Positions 1 through 8,718 of a stretch of 64,000 nt of DNA are shown in pieces. The stretch spans positions 66,064 through 130,063 of the forward strand of contig CALJJZ010000017.1 of assembly GCA_937973635.1 (NCBI GenBank). Reading direction: 5' to 3'. The notes under the pieces were generated by a model. That model was not told where the DNA came from. It saw only the letters and a program-made list of their open reading frames with translations, and made no database searches. Every line of letters starts with the position of its first letter. Position 1 is the first letter of the stretch. The stretch comes from an uncultured Bacillota bacterium (GTDB lineage: Bacteria > Bacillota > Dethiobacteria > DTU022 > UBA8154). The position numbers and the translations under genes were made by a program.

Positions 1-423
1 GCTTATGGAGATATAGTAGGTCCTCCCGTTATACTTGCGGTACACAGGGAGGATACGCTCCGAAGAAAAACCGTGGATAGTGGTTACTACCGGCGTACGC
101 ACCAGGGCGGAATAGCTTAAAGGCATAAAATCAAAGTGGTTATGGATAAGATCGTAGCGGTCCGCCTCCTCAAAAACGGCAGAGATATGGAGACATTCGG
201 CTACTTTGGGGTCAATCTCCCCATCTTCGGAATAGGGGCGGGGGATAACCCAGCGGTGAGAGGCGCTTGTGAGTGAATCACCGGTGGCATAGAGCGTCAC
301 CTCACAACCCTGGCGCACCAGCTCCTCCGTAAGCAGGCTTACCACCCATTCCCAGGGGCCGTAGCGGCGCGGCGGAGTGCGCCAGGAAATGGGAGCGAGC
401 ATGGCTATCTTCACCGGTTTCAT
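1..423 (-). CDS. Glycosyltransferase family 4, N-terminal part (5' end of gene; continues beyond window start)
   Basis: Reverse-strand translation from the ATG at 423..421 reads MKPVKIAMLAPISWRTPPRRYGPWEWVVSLL...TLYATGD...IHNHFD, a typical GT4/GT-B N-terminal domain. The ORF runs off the window edge, which is why it is missing from the ORF track. Confidence 0.5.
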   Translation of the reverse strand, partial: MKPVKIAMLAPISWRTPPRRYGPWEWVVSLLTEELVRQGCEVTLYATGDSLTSASHRWVIPRPYSEDGEIDPKVAECLHISAVFEEADRYDLIHNHFDFMPLSYSALVRTPVVTTIHGFSSERILPVYRKYNGRTYYISIS

Positions 424-849
424 CCTCCTTTTAAAATTAAAAAACAATACCACCATATCCCGGGCTAGGTAAGGCACAAAAAGATTGAATAGCGTGTTTT
501 TTCTGCAAGTTTTTTCTAAGAAAGTAATAATTTGAATAATATCTTTTGCCTATATCTGTAGAATTATTTTATATTATAATTATAGCATGGAAAAGGGAAT
601 AAGCCCAACTTTTTAAGAATAATCATAATAGTTATAAACTTCTTTATTGATGGCATGTATTTGCTTTTAGAATTATTATTTGCTAAAATAAGTTTAAAAA
701 AATAGCCTGTGCCGCGCTAAAAGGCAAGAAAGGCCAAAAGGCGTAAGGTGGTGAGGACGGCTTTTAGATTCGACCAGGGCTTTGGCCGAACCGCAGCGTT
801 TATCCATACTTTGTGTACATAAAAATTATAGGGCAGGCGATGATTAAAT

Positions 850-1773
850 TTGGACAAACAGGCTAACAGCTATGATCTGCTCATACTGGGTGCCGGCCCG
901 GCCGGATTAACGGCGGCTATTTACGGTGGCAGGGCAAACCTCCGTGTGCTTGTCTGCGAGGAGAAGCTCAGCGGGGGGGAGATAACCTCAACGGAACGTC
1001 TTGACAACTATCCGGGCTTCCCCGAAGGCGTAAACGGCCTCGAGTTCGGGCAGCTGCTGGAGCAGCAGGCTTTACGTTTCGGTGCCGTGCTGGCCGGCGC
1101 TTTCATTGAAAAGGCGGAGCTCCACGGGGAATGGAAAAAAGTTACGACCACAGCAGGGGTATTCCAGGCGCGCACCGTTATTATTGCCACGGGGACAGGG
1201 CCGCGCAGCCTGGGTGTGCCCGGGGAAGAACTCCTACGCGGCCGGGGCATATCCTTTTGCGCCACCTGCGATGGGCCCTTTTTCCGCGGTAAAACCGTTG
1301 CTGTCATCGGCGGCGGCGACGCGGCCGTAGAAGAAGCCCTTTACCTCACCAGGTTTGCCTCCAGAGTGCTGCTAGTGCACCGGCGTGACCGCTTAAGGGC
1401 CGTTGCTTACCTGCAGGAGAAACTGCTCCGTCACCCCGGCGTAACAGTGCTCTGGGACACCGTGGTAAAAGGGTTTAAGGGAGAAAACAAGCTCGAGGCT
1501 GTCCAGCTGCAAAACGTTAAGGACAACTCCTCCACGGAGGTTCCCGTGGACGGGGCTTTCCTTTACGTGGGGCGTATCCCCAATACTGCTTTTTTAAATG
1601 GCGGGGTAGAAACAGATACTGCTGGTTATATTATTACCAACGAAGAGATGGAGACATCCCTCCCCGGCGTTTATGCGGCAGGGGACGTGCGCCGCAAATT
1701 TCTGCGCCAGGTGGTGACGGCCGCCGCCGACGGGGCCATTGCGGCCATGATGGCGGTGCGTTACCTGCAGTGA
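850..1773 (+). CDS. trxB: Thioredoxin-disulfide reductase
   Basis: FAD motif GAGPAGLTAAIY, redox-active CATCDG, NADPH motif GGGDAAVEEA; 307 aa. Confidence 0.9.
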   Translation: MDKQANSYDLLILGAGPAGLTAAIYGGRANLRVLVCEEKLSGGEITSTERLDNYPGFPEGVNGLEFGQLLEQQALRFGAVLAGAFIEKAELHGEWKKVTTTAGVFQARTVIIATGTGPRSLGVPGEELLRGRGISFCATCDGPFFRGKTVAVIGGGDAAVEEALYLTRFASRVLLVHRRDRLRAVAYLQEKLLRHPGVTVLWDTVVKGFKGENKLEAVQLQNVKDNSSTEVPVDGAFLYVGRIPNTAFLNGGVETDTAGYIITNEEMETSLPGVYAAGDVRRKFLRQVVTAAADGAIAAMMAVRYLQ

Positions 1774-1804
1774 TACTGTGCCGCCGGGTTTTTAAATTTA
1801 ATTT

Positions 1805-2179
1805 TTGAAGAAAATAATTTCAGGAGGTGAGGCCGCTTTTAGGCGGCAAAGCATGGAAGGAAAACCCTTGGAGATAGGGGGTACGCAGTTTGACGATGAG
1901 GTGCTGGGGGCGGCGATACCTGTACTGGTGGATTTTTGGGCTTCATGGTGCGGACCCTGCCGGATGGTGGCGCCGGTTCTGGACGAGCTGGCCCGTGACT
2001 ATACCGGGAAACTTAAGGTAGTGAAGGTCAATGTGGACGACAACCCCGATACGGCTTCTCGCTATGGCGTGATGTCCATCCCCACGATGATGCTTTTTAA
2101 AGGCGGGGCGCCGGTGGAGACGATTGTGGGTTTTCGCAAAAAAGAGGAACTGAGCGGTGTGATCGACCGTTTTCTCTAG
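1805..2179 (+). CDS. trxA: Thioredoxin
   Basis: WCGPC active site; about 108 aa if started at ATG 1853 (MEGKPL...); ORF track start 1805. Confidence 0.85.
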   Translation: MKKIISGGEAAFRRQSMEGKPLEIGGTQFDDEVLGAAIPVLVDFWASWCGPCRMVAPVLDELARDYTGKLKVVKVNVDDNPDTASRYGVMSIPTMMLFKGGAPVETIVGFRKKEELSGVIDRFL

Positions 2180-2247
2180 CCGTAAGGGGAAAAGGGCGGG
2201 TTTACGTCCTCAAGGGGCGGATCTGCCGGCGGTGATACATACCGGCG

Positions 2248-2278
2248 GGGCGGGGCTTGGGCCCCGTCTTTTTTTTAA
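2248..2278 (+). terminator. Rho-independent terminator after trxA
   Basis: GGGGC-TTGG-GCCCC hairpin followed by T8 run. Confidence 0.5.
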
Positions 2279-2331
2279 AGGGGATAATAACCCTCTAATT
2301 CGACATAATAAAGATAAATACCAAGGAGGGG

Positions 2332-3216
2332 GTGTTTTTCCCCTTGCGCTCCGTCTGGAAAGGGACCCTTGCCTTTGGGCTGGTGAGTATCCCCGTCTCC
2401 CTCTTTCCGGCCGTTACCAGCAGAAACATCAGCTTTCGCACCCTGCACCTTTCCTGCCATACGCCCCTTGAATACCGTAAAACCTGCCCCCATTGCGCCA
2501 GGGAAGTGGCTCCGGAGGAGATTGCGCGGGGCTATGAATACGAAAAGGGGCATTTTGTAATCCTGAGCGAGGAGGAGATCAGGGCCGCTGCCGGGCAGGG
2601 AGAAAAAATAATTGAGCTAGCTTATTTTGCCCGCATGGAGGAGATAGATGCGCTTTATTTCCAGAAGGCGTACTTTCTGGCGCCCGAAGCCACGGGGCGT
2701 AAGCCCTACGCCCTGCTGCGCCGGACCATGGCAGAGAGCGGCAGGGTCGCCATCGCTTCCGTCACCCTGCATCAGCGCCAGTGGCCGGCGGTGGTAAGGA
2801 CCTACGGTGAAGCCCTCTCTCTTTCCACCATTCATTATCCCGACGAAGTAAACAACCCTGCGGAGCTGCCCGGCCTTTCCCCGGAGCCCGAACTGCGCGA
2901 AGGGGAACTGGTGATGGCCCGGGAGCTCCTCGGGCATCTGACGGCAGGCTTTGCCCCGGAAAAACTGCAGGACCACTACCGGGAAAAGCTGCTGGAGATC
3001 ATTGAGGCACGCATTCGGGGCCAAAGGATCGCCGTTGCCACCGCTCCGGCCCGGGAAAAGGTCGTGGACCTGCTCAGCGCGCTGCAGCTGAGTGTGGAGC
3101 AGGCCCGCCGGCACCGGGAGAAGAAAGACGATCAAGATCAGGGGGAAAAGGGCAGGCCAAAAAGGTCCGGGGCAGCTAAAAAAAAGGAGCATCTGGCGGT
3201 AAAAGCGGGAAAATGA
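2332..3216 (+). CDS. ku: Ku protein (non-homologous end joining)
   Basis: N-terminus RSVWKGTLAFGLVSIPVSLF is the Ku signature; GTG 2332 or TTG 2344 start after AAGGAGGGGG RBS; about 290 aa. Confidence 0.85.
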   Translation: MFFPLRSVWKGTLAFGLVSIPVSLFPAVTSRNISFRTLHLSCHTPLEYRKTCPHCAREVAPEEIARGYEYEKGHFVILSEEEIRAAAGQGEKIIELAYFARMEEIDALYFQKAYFLAPEATGRKPYALLRRTMAESGRVAIASVTLHQRQWPAVVRTYGEALSLSTIHYPDEVNNPAELPGLSPEPELREGELVMARELLGHLTAGFAPEKLQDHYREKLLEIIEARIRGQRIAVATAPAREKVVDLLSALQLSVEQARRHREKKDDQDQGEKGRPKRSGAAKKKEHLAVKAGK

Positions 3217-4175
3217 ATTTTTTTGCACGCAGGATCTACCCCATGGAACCCCGGAGCAGCCCGGTGCTGCCGCAGGGGGACAGCTACCGTTATCAGGTGA
3301 AATGGGACGGTATGCGCCTTCTGGCTTTTGGCTGTAAGGGCAGGCTGCGTCTGCAGGGGCGGAGCCTGCAGGACAAAACCCTGAAATATCCCGAACTCTC
3401 CGCTTTGCCCCAGCTGGTAAGAGCCGGGCAGTTTATCCTTGACGGTGAACTTATCGCCCTGACTGGGGGACGCCCCTGTTTTTACAGCCTGATGCGGCGC
3501 GAGCAAAGGGGGAATCCAGCCTTTGCCCTGGATCTGCTCCCCCTTTGCTATATGGTTTTTGACTGCCTCTACCTCGAAGGCAGGTGGCTGCTGGAGGAGC
3601 CCTGGGAAGAGCGCCAGGAGCTGCTTTGCCGGATCCTGCAGCAAAACGACAGGGTCCGCCTCTGTGCAAATTACCCTGACGGGGAAAACCTGTTGTCCGC
3701 AGTGAAAAAACAAAACCTGGAAGGGGTTGTCAGCAAAAAGAGGGACGGCCCTTATTTACCGGGTCCCCGCAAATCTTCCTGCTGGCTGAAAACCAAGCTG
3801 AAACAGCAGATTGAAGCGCTGGTAGGAGGGCTGCTGCTGAAGAATAAAAAGGCCGTATCTTTGCTGCTGGGTCTGGCTGAAGGGGCAGAGAAGGCAGGCG
3901 GCAAGCCGGGGGCGCTCCGCTATATCGGGAAAGTAAGCAGCGGGCTGACGGCGCAGGACCTGGCCGCATGGCAAAAGTGGGGGAGCAGGCACGAGCTAAA
4001 GGCCCCTCCTTTCCAGCCTCCCTTGGACGCACCGGCCGGGGAGGTTGTCTGGGTGGCGCCATTGTGCCGGGTTAACGTTACTTTTGATGAGTGGACTCCC
4101 CATTTAAAATTGCGCGCGCCCCGTCTTGAGCCGGGGGGAGGGGATACCTGTGGCGGGCGTTTTCCTGAATTTTAA
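3213..4175 (+). CDS. ligD: ATP-dependent DNA ligase, LigD ligase domain (stand-alone)
   Basis: KWDGMR adenylation motif (VKWDGMRLLAF); ATGA overlap with ku stop; 320 aa, right size for ligase plus OB domain only. Confidence 0.8.
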   Translation: MNFFARRIYPMEPRSSPVLPQGDSYRYQVKWDGMRLLAFGCKGRLRLQGRSLQDKTLKYPELSALPQLVRAGQFILDGELIALTGGRPCFYSLMRREQRGNPAFALDLLPLCYMVFDCLYLEGRWLLEEPWEERQELLCRILQQNDRVRLCANYPDGENLLSAVKKQNLEGVVSKKRDGPYLPGPRKSSCWLKTKLKQQIEALVGGLLLKNKKAVSLLLGLAEGAEKAGGKPGALRYIGKVSSGLTAQDLAAWQKWGSRHELKAPPFQPPLDAPAGEVVWVAPLCRVNVTFDEWTPHLKLRAPRLEPGGGDTCGGRFPEF

Positions 4176-5031
4176 CGGTGAAAAGCTTGTTTTCACCAAC
4201 CTGGAAAAGGAACTGTGGCCCGGTGAAGGGATCAGCAAGTACGATTTGATCAAATATTACCTGGAAGTTGCCCCTTACCTTTTGCCCCATCTGAGGGGAC
4301 GCTTCCTGGTCATGCGGCGTTTCCCCCACGGCATTGGCAGGGAAGGGTTTTACCAGAAAAATATCCCCGCTGCAGCCCCTGTCTGGATTAACACGGCCCC
4401 TTTCCCCCACGGGAAAAAGACAACCCGTTACCTGCTGGCTGACAGGCCGGAAACGCTGGCCTGGCTGGGGAACCTGGCCTGCCTGGAGCTGCACCCGTGG
4501 CTTTCCGCTGCTTCTTCCCCCGACCGGCCCGATTTTGCTGTTTTCGACCTCGATCCGGCACCGGGCCTGAGTTTCCAGAGCGTTTGCCGTCTGGCCCTGG
4601 AGCTCAAGAAGCTGCTGCAGAGGAGGCGGCTGCGAGCTTATGTCAAGACCTCCGGCGCCACGGGGCTCCAGGTATATCTGCCCCTGCAGCCCCGCTACAC
4701 CTACAAAGAAGCCCGTAATTATTGCCGGGGCATATTTGCGGAGCTGCACACTTTACTACCGGACCTGACGACTATGGAGCGCAGCGTGGCCCGGCGGGGC
4801 CGCAAAATCTACCTGGATTACCTGCAAAATGCCCGGGGCAAAACCCTGGTGGCCCCCTATTCGCCCCGCTCCCTTCCCGGCGCCCCTGTTTCCGCACCCC
4901 TGGCATGGGAGGAAGTCTGCGATCCTTCCCTGCACCCCTCCGCCTTCAACCTGCGCAGCATTGTTTCCCGCCTGCAAGGGCGGGGCGATTTATTTGCCCC
5001 GGTCTTAACCGACCGGCAGCGCATAAAATAA
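4150..5031 (+). CDS. LigD polymerase/primase domain protein (stand-alone PolDom)
   Basis: LVFTNLEKELWPGEGISKYDLIKYY...HGIGREGFYQKN matches LigD PolDom; GTG 4150 preceded by GGGGGAGGGG RBS (ORF track start TTG 4126); overlaps ligase gene by 26 nt in another frame. Confidence 0.75.
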   Translation: MAGVFLNFNGEKLVFTNLEKELWPGEGISKYDLIKYYLEVAPYLLPHLRGRFLVMRRFPHGIGREGFYQKNIPAAAPVWINTAPFPHGKKTTRYLLADRPETLAWLGNLACLELHPWLSAASSPDRPDFAVFDLDPAPGLSFQSVCRLALELKKLLQRRRLRAYVKTSGATGLQVYLPLQPRYTYKEARNYCRGIFAELHTLLPDLTTMERSVARRGRKIYLDYLQNARGKTLVAPYSPRSLPGAPVSAPLAWEEVCDPSLHPSAFNLRSIVSRLQGRGDLFAPVLTDRQRIK

Positions 5032-5138
5032 TTTAGGCTCACCCGGTGCCGGCGGCATGTTCAGGAGGGCGAGAAAAAACTGGAAAAAGCAAAACTTGTC
5101 TTTATTTCCCGGGAAATAATTTTCACTGCCTGTAAAAG

Positions 5139-5167
5139 TTGACAAGAAATGAGCCCTTGTTTAAGAT
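5139..5167 (+). promoter_or_regulatory. Sigma-A type promoter (TTGACA-17-TAAGAT) for the M24 peptidase gene
   Basis: TTGACA at 5139-5144, 17-nt spacer, TAAGAT at 5162-5167; GGGGAGG RBS before TTG 5201. Confidence 0.45.
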
Positions 5168-5200
5168 TAAAGCAACCTGAAAACGGGGAGGTCTAATTTC

Positions 5201-6394
5201 TTGCAAATTGTCCCTCTGGCCGAACTGGCAGGAAGGGTGCGGCTTTTACAGCAAAAACTGCAGCAACTTGCTTTGGACGGCGCCCTGATCCTCCAGAACA
5301 CCGACCTCTTTTATTATGCCGGCTCCATGCAGCAGGGTTTTTTCTTTGTGCCTGCCACGGGAGACCCCCTTTACCTGGTGCGGCGCAGCCTGGAGCGGGC
5401 ACGGCAGGAGTCGTTATGGGGGAAGATCCTCCCTTTAAGGGAGTTAAACCGGCTTCCCGCCTCCCTGGCGGAACACGGCTATGGCGGGATAAAAAGAATC
5501 GGCATGCAGCTCGATGTTCTCCCGGTAAACCAGTTCAAGCGTTTGCTGGCTTTGTTCCCCGGTGCGGTGCCCGTGGACCTTTCCCTGCAGCTGCGGGAGA
5601 TACGCATGATCAAGTCTGCCTACGAGCTGGAATGTTTCCGCCGGGCGGGGGAAGTGGCCCTGGCCGTTAACCGGCAGATACCGGCGCTGCTCCAAGCAGG
5701 CAAGGCGGAGCTGCAGCTTTCTGCCGAGATCGAAAACCTCTACCGTCTGGCTGGCCACCAGGGTCTCCTGCGCATGCGCGCTTTTAACGGGGAGATGTAT
5801 TTTGGGCATGTCTATGCGGGTATCAACGGCGCGGCCCCTACCTTTTTGGACAGCTGCACCGGTGGCAGCGGTGTTGCTGCGGCCTGCCCCCAGGGGGCCG
5901 GCTGGAAAAATATCCTGCCCCACGAGCCCATTGGGGTGGACTATGCGTCTGTTTACGGCGGCTATGTCCTCGATCATACCCGTGTCTTCTCCATCGGCGA
6001 GCTGCCCGCTGATTTAAAGCGGGCTTATGCCGTGGCCCTGGAGATCCAGGACGAGCTGGTAAAAAGGGCTCTGCCCGGCGCCTCCTGTGCGGCCCTTTAC
6101 AGCCTGGCTGTAGAAATCGCCAGGGTGTATGGCCTGGAAGATAATTTGATGGGCTGCGGGGCGGAAAAAGTTAAATTTGTGGGGCACGGCCTGGGCCTGG
6201 AAATCGACGAGCTGCCCGTACTGGGCCAAGGTTCGCCCCACCTCCTGGAGGAAGGTATGGTTTTTGCCCTGGAGCCCAAGTTTATTTTCCCGGGTAGAGG
6301 CATGGTGGGCCTGGAAAACGTCTGGTGCGTCGGTGCCGGCGGCCCGGAGAAATTAAGCCCCATCCCCGATGAGCTGGTGACAGTGCCCCTTTAA
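5201..6394 (+). CDS. M24 family Xaa-Pro aminopeptidase/prolidase
   Basis: Creatinase-like N-domain followed by a pita-bread fold (HGLGLEIDE, GMVFALEP); 397 aa. Confidence 0.75.
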   Translation: MQIVPLAELAGRVRLLQQKLQQLALDGALILQNTDLFYYAGSMQQGFFFVPATGDPLYLVRRSLERARQESLWGKILPLRELNRLPASLAEHGYGGIKRIGMQLDVLPVNQFKRLLALFPGAVPVDLSLQLREIRMIKSAYELECFRRAGEVALAVNRQIPALLQAGKAELQLSAEIENLYRLAGHQGLLRMRAFNGEMYFGHVYAGINGAAPTFLDSCTGGSGVAAACPQGAGWKNILPHEPIGVDYASVYGGYVLDHTRVFSIGELPADLKRAYAVALEIQDELVKRALPGASCAALYSLAVEIARVYGLEDNLMGCGAEKVKFVGHGLGLEIDELPVLGQGSPHLLEEGMVFALEPKFIFPGRGMVGLENVWCVGAGGPEKLSPIPDELVTVPL

Positions 6395-6450
6395 CAATTT
6401 ATAAATGACAAACTAGAAGCTTTTTACAGTAAAAGGAGGTATCAACGGCC

Positions 6451-7167
6451 CTGAGCATCTCCATCCTGGAGCTTACCCTGCGCCTTTTTCTGGCCCTGCT
6501 CCTCGGCGGCATCGTAGGTTTTGAGCGGGAAAGGCAGCAGCGCCCCGCCGGCTTTCGCACCCATATCCTTGTTTGTGTGGGCTCGGCCCTGATTATGCTG
6601 GTTTCGGCCTATGGCATCGCCGGCACCGGCGGCACCCTTACCTACGACCCTGCCCGCATTGCTGCCCAGGTTGTTACGGGTGTGGGTTTCCTGGGTGCCG
6701 GGACTATTTTAAGGCACGGCAGTACCATTACCGGCCTTACCACCGCGGCCAGCCTCTGGTTTGTCTCCGGGATTGGCCTGGCTGTGGGCATTGGTTTTTA
6801 TGGCGGGGCCATGGTGGCGACCCTGATGTTGCTGGTGAGCCTTATTGTCCTGCGCAGCCTGGAGGGGTCTTTTGCCCGCATGAAAAACCTCCGGCGCCTC
6901 TGGATCAGAGGGATCGACCACCCGGGGCTCCTTGCCCGTATCAGCGCCGTCTTTGGGGAGATGTGTGTGCAGGTGACCAAAGTGGATATGAGCGAACCGG
7001 AATATAAAGAGGCTTTTAAAAAAGATGTGATTACCATTGATTTTTTGTTGCGCCTGCCGTCGCGGCTGGACAGCGAGGAGGTGCTGAAAAAGGTCGCCAT
7101 GCAGCACGGCGTCCTGGAGGCGGGCTGGGAAATCGGGGAAGTGGCGGGGGAAACTATGGGGCGGTGA
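6451..7167 (+). CDS. MgtC/SapB family membrane protein
   Basis: N-terminus LSISILELTLRLFLALLLGGIVGFERE and GVGFLGAGTI are MgtC hallmarks. The frame is open from 6433 with no ATG/GTG/TTG between the AGGAGGT RBS (6434-6440) and the conserved N-terminus. A CTG 6451 start, or a shorter product from GTG 6577, is possible. Confidence 0.65.
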   Translation: MSISILELTLRLFLALLLGGIVGFERERQQRPAGFRTHILVCVGSALIMLVSAYGIAGTGGTLTYDPARIAAQVVTGVGFLGAGTILRHGSTITGLTTAASLWFVSGIGLAVGIGFYGGAMVATLMLLVSLIVLRSLEGSFARMKNLRRLWIRGIDHPGLLARISAVFGEMCVQVTKVDMSEPEYKEAFKKDVITIDFLLRLPSRLDSEEVLKKVAMQHGVLEAGWEIGEVAGETMGR

Positions 7168-7982
7168 AAGGGCAGGTGGCTGCCCTGGAGCGCAGGCAGG
7201 TCCAGGCGCGCCTTCGGTAGACGGAGTGCCGGCTATTGGATTTCCCCTCGGCTCTTTAAAGGACAATGGAATGAATGTATGAAACCCTCCTGATTGGTAA
7301 AGATAGTATTACCATGTCATTACCGGTAAGGGAAGGGCGGTTCAGGGATGAGTTTAACGAAGGTCGTCAGTTTCCAGGAAAAAAAGAAACGGAAAATCGA
7401 AGAAAACCTCCATCTTTTTCAGTTAAATTTTTGGGAATGGGTCTTTGCTTACCGCTGGCGCCCCTGCCCAAAATGTACCCGCCTGCTCCAGTTATGGTGG
7501 GGGCGGGAGTGCCTCTGGTCGGGGCTTTGTGGTGTTTGCTGCTCTTATTACTATTACTACCAGGTGCTTTATGTGCGCGCCCTAAAAACTGTCTGCCAGC
7601 GGGGCGAAAAGAACCCTTCCTTCCGCGAACTTGAAGCATGGTACTACCAGCTGGAAAAGCCCCGGGAAGAGCCCCGGGAATAACCACAAAATTTAAAGCA
7701 GACCATGCCCCGGCCCCGGGCTCCGCTTTGCTGCGTCTTCCCGGCGGCGGGGGGAGGTCTGTCCCGCCGTCTTTGCTTCCCTACCCTTGCACCCTGACCT
7801 TTAAGCAGCATCTCTGACTAAATAAAGTTTGCAGCCCCGGGGGATAAGCTATGCCCTCTCTACAGCAGCTATATTTAAGGAGATAAACGCCGTAATAAAG
7901 AGATATTTTAACTGAGCATATCTTAAAAGCTGTACAATCTCTCCAGAATTATGATTTCGCCTTCTATACTGTACCATCATTA

Positions 7983-8033
7983 TTGCCCTGGAACGGGGTA
8001 GAGGTGTTATAATAAGGTCAAAGATGGTCAAAA
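7983..8033 (+). promoter_or_regulatory. ctsR promoter with CtsR operator
   Basis: TATAAT at 8008-8013; tandem heptad AGGTCAAAGATGGTCAAAA at 8015-8033 matches CtsR box consensus (A/GGTCAAA NAN A/GGTCAAA). Confidence 0.75.
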
Positions 8034-8060
8034 AGTGTGCAGGGGATGTGTGGCGCGAAG

Positions 8061-8516
8061 ATGGGCAATCTTGCCGACAGCATGGAATACTATTTAAAGA
8101 GATTGCTGGAGATGAGCGCTTCGGGATACCTGGAGGTAAAGCGCAAAGAGCTGGCAGGCAAGTTCCGCTGTGTGCCTTCCCAGGTCAACTACGTGCTGGA
8201 AACCCGCTTTACGCTGGAAAAGGGTTACCTGGTGGAGAGCAGGCGCGGAGGCAAGGGTTACCTGCGCATTAAAAAATTGGATGCCTATGGCTTGCCCGCC
8301 CGCTTTCTGCAGGATCTGGACAGAGAGCGCACCAGCACGGAGGAAGAAGCCCAGGGGCTGGTAGAACGGCTGCTGGCGGCAAAGCATATCTCCATGCGCG
8401 AAGCAGCCCTGATGCAGGCAGCTCTGCGCTGTGTGGCCGTCCTGGAGGGTGAGGCCCGGCGAGATCAGTGCAGGAATCTCCTGCTGCGCCGCATGCTGCA
8501 GGCCCTGCTGCAGTAA
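8061..8516 (+). CDS. ctsR: Transcriptional repressor of class III stress genes CtsR
   Basis: MGNLADSMEYYLKRLLE...GYLEVKRKELAGKFRCVPSQVNYVLETRFT; ORF track start 8037, ATG 8061 preferred. Confidence 0.9.
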   Translation: MGNLADSMEYYLKRLLEMSASGYLEVKRKELAGKFRCVPSQVNYVLETRFTLEKGYLVESRRGGKGYLRIKKLDAYGLPARFLQDLDRERTSTEEEAQGLVERLLAAKHISMREAALMQAALRCVAVLEGEARRDQCRNLLLRRMLQALLQ

Positions 8517-8718
8517 ATTTTATATTGAAGTAAATAGGCACTGCTAATAATTACCGTCTTTGAGGTTAAACTTTGAGGATAAAGATTGCATTGCCGAGAA
8601 TTTTAATTTTAAATTTAAAGTAGAGTAGAAAATGAGAGAATTATGTAGAGGGGGTGAAGGGCCTGTCTTTCCAACCTGAGTTATATGCCAAGGAAAAAGG
8701 AAAAAACAGGCTGTGTTG

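Noticed and set aside
4126-4175. Possible frameshift or pseudogenisation of a fused LigD (ligase ORF and polymerase ORF overlap in different frames)
   Set aside because: The polymerase ORF has its own strong RBS (GGGGGAGGGG) and GTG start at 4150, and the ligase ORF ends cleanly. Separate overlapping genes is the simpler reading. It is kept only as a note in the NHEJ finding.
6573-7007. 144-aa ORF in an alternative frame, rich in Cys/His/Pro/Gly, overlapping mgtC
   Set aside because: It is embedded in the well-supported MgtC gene, with no RBS and low-complexity composition. It is an alternative-frame artefact.
7348-7683. 111-aa ORF with CPKC, CC and YYYYY run, considered as a zinc-ribbon protein feature
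   Set aside because: It has a weak RBS and mixed codon usage, it overlaps two other ORFs of similar length, and it has no recognisable family. It is reported only as a low-interest observation, not as a feature.
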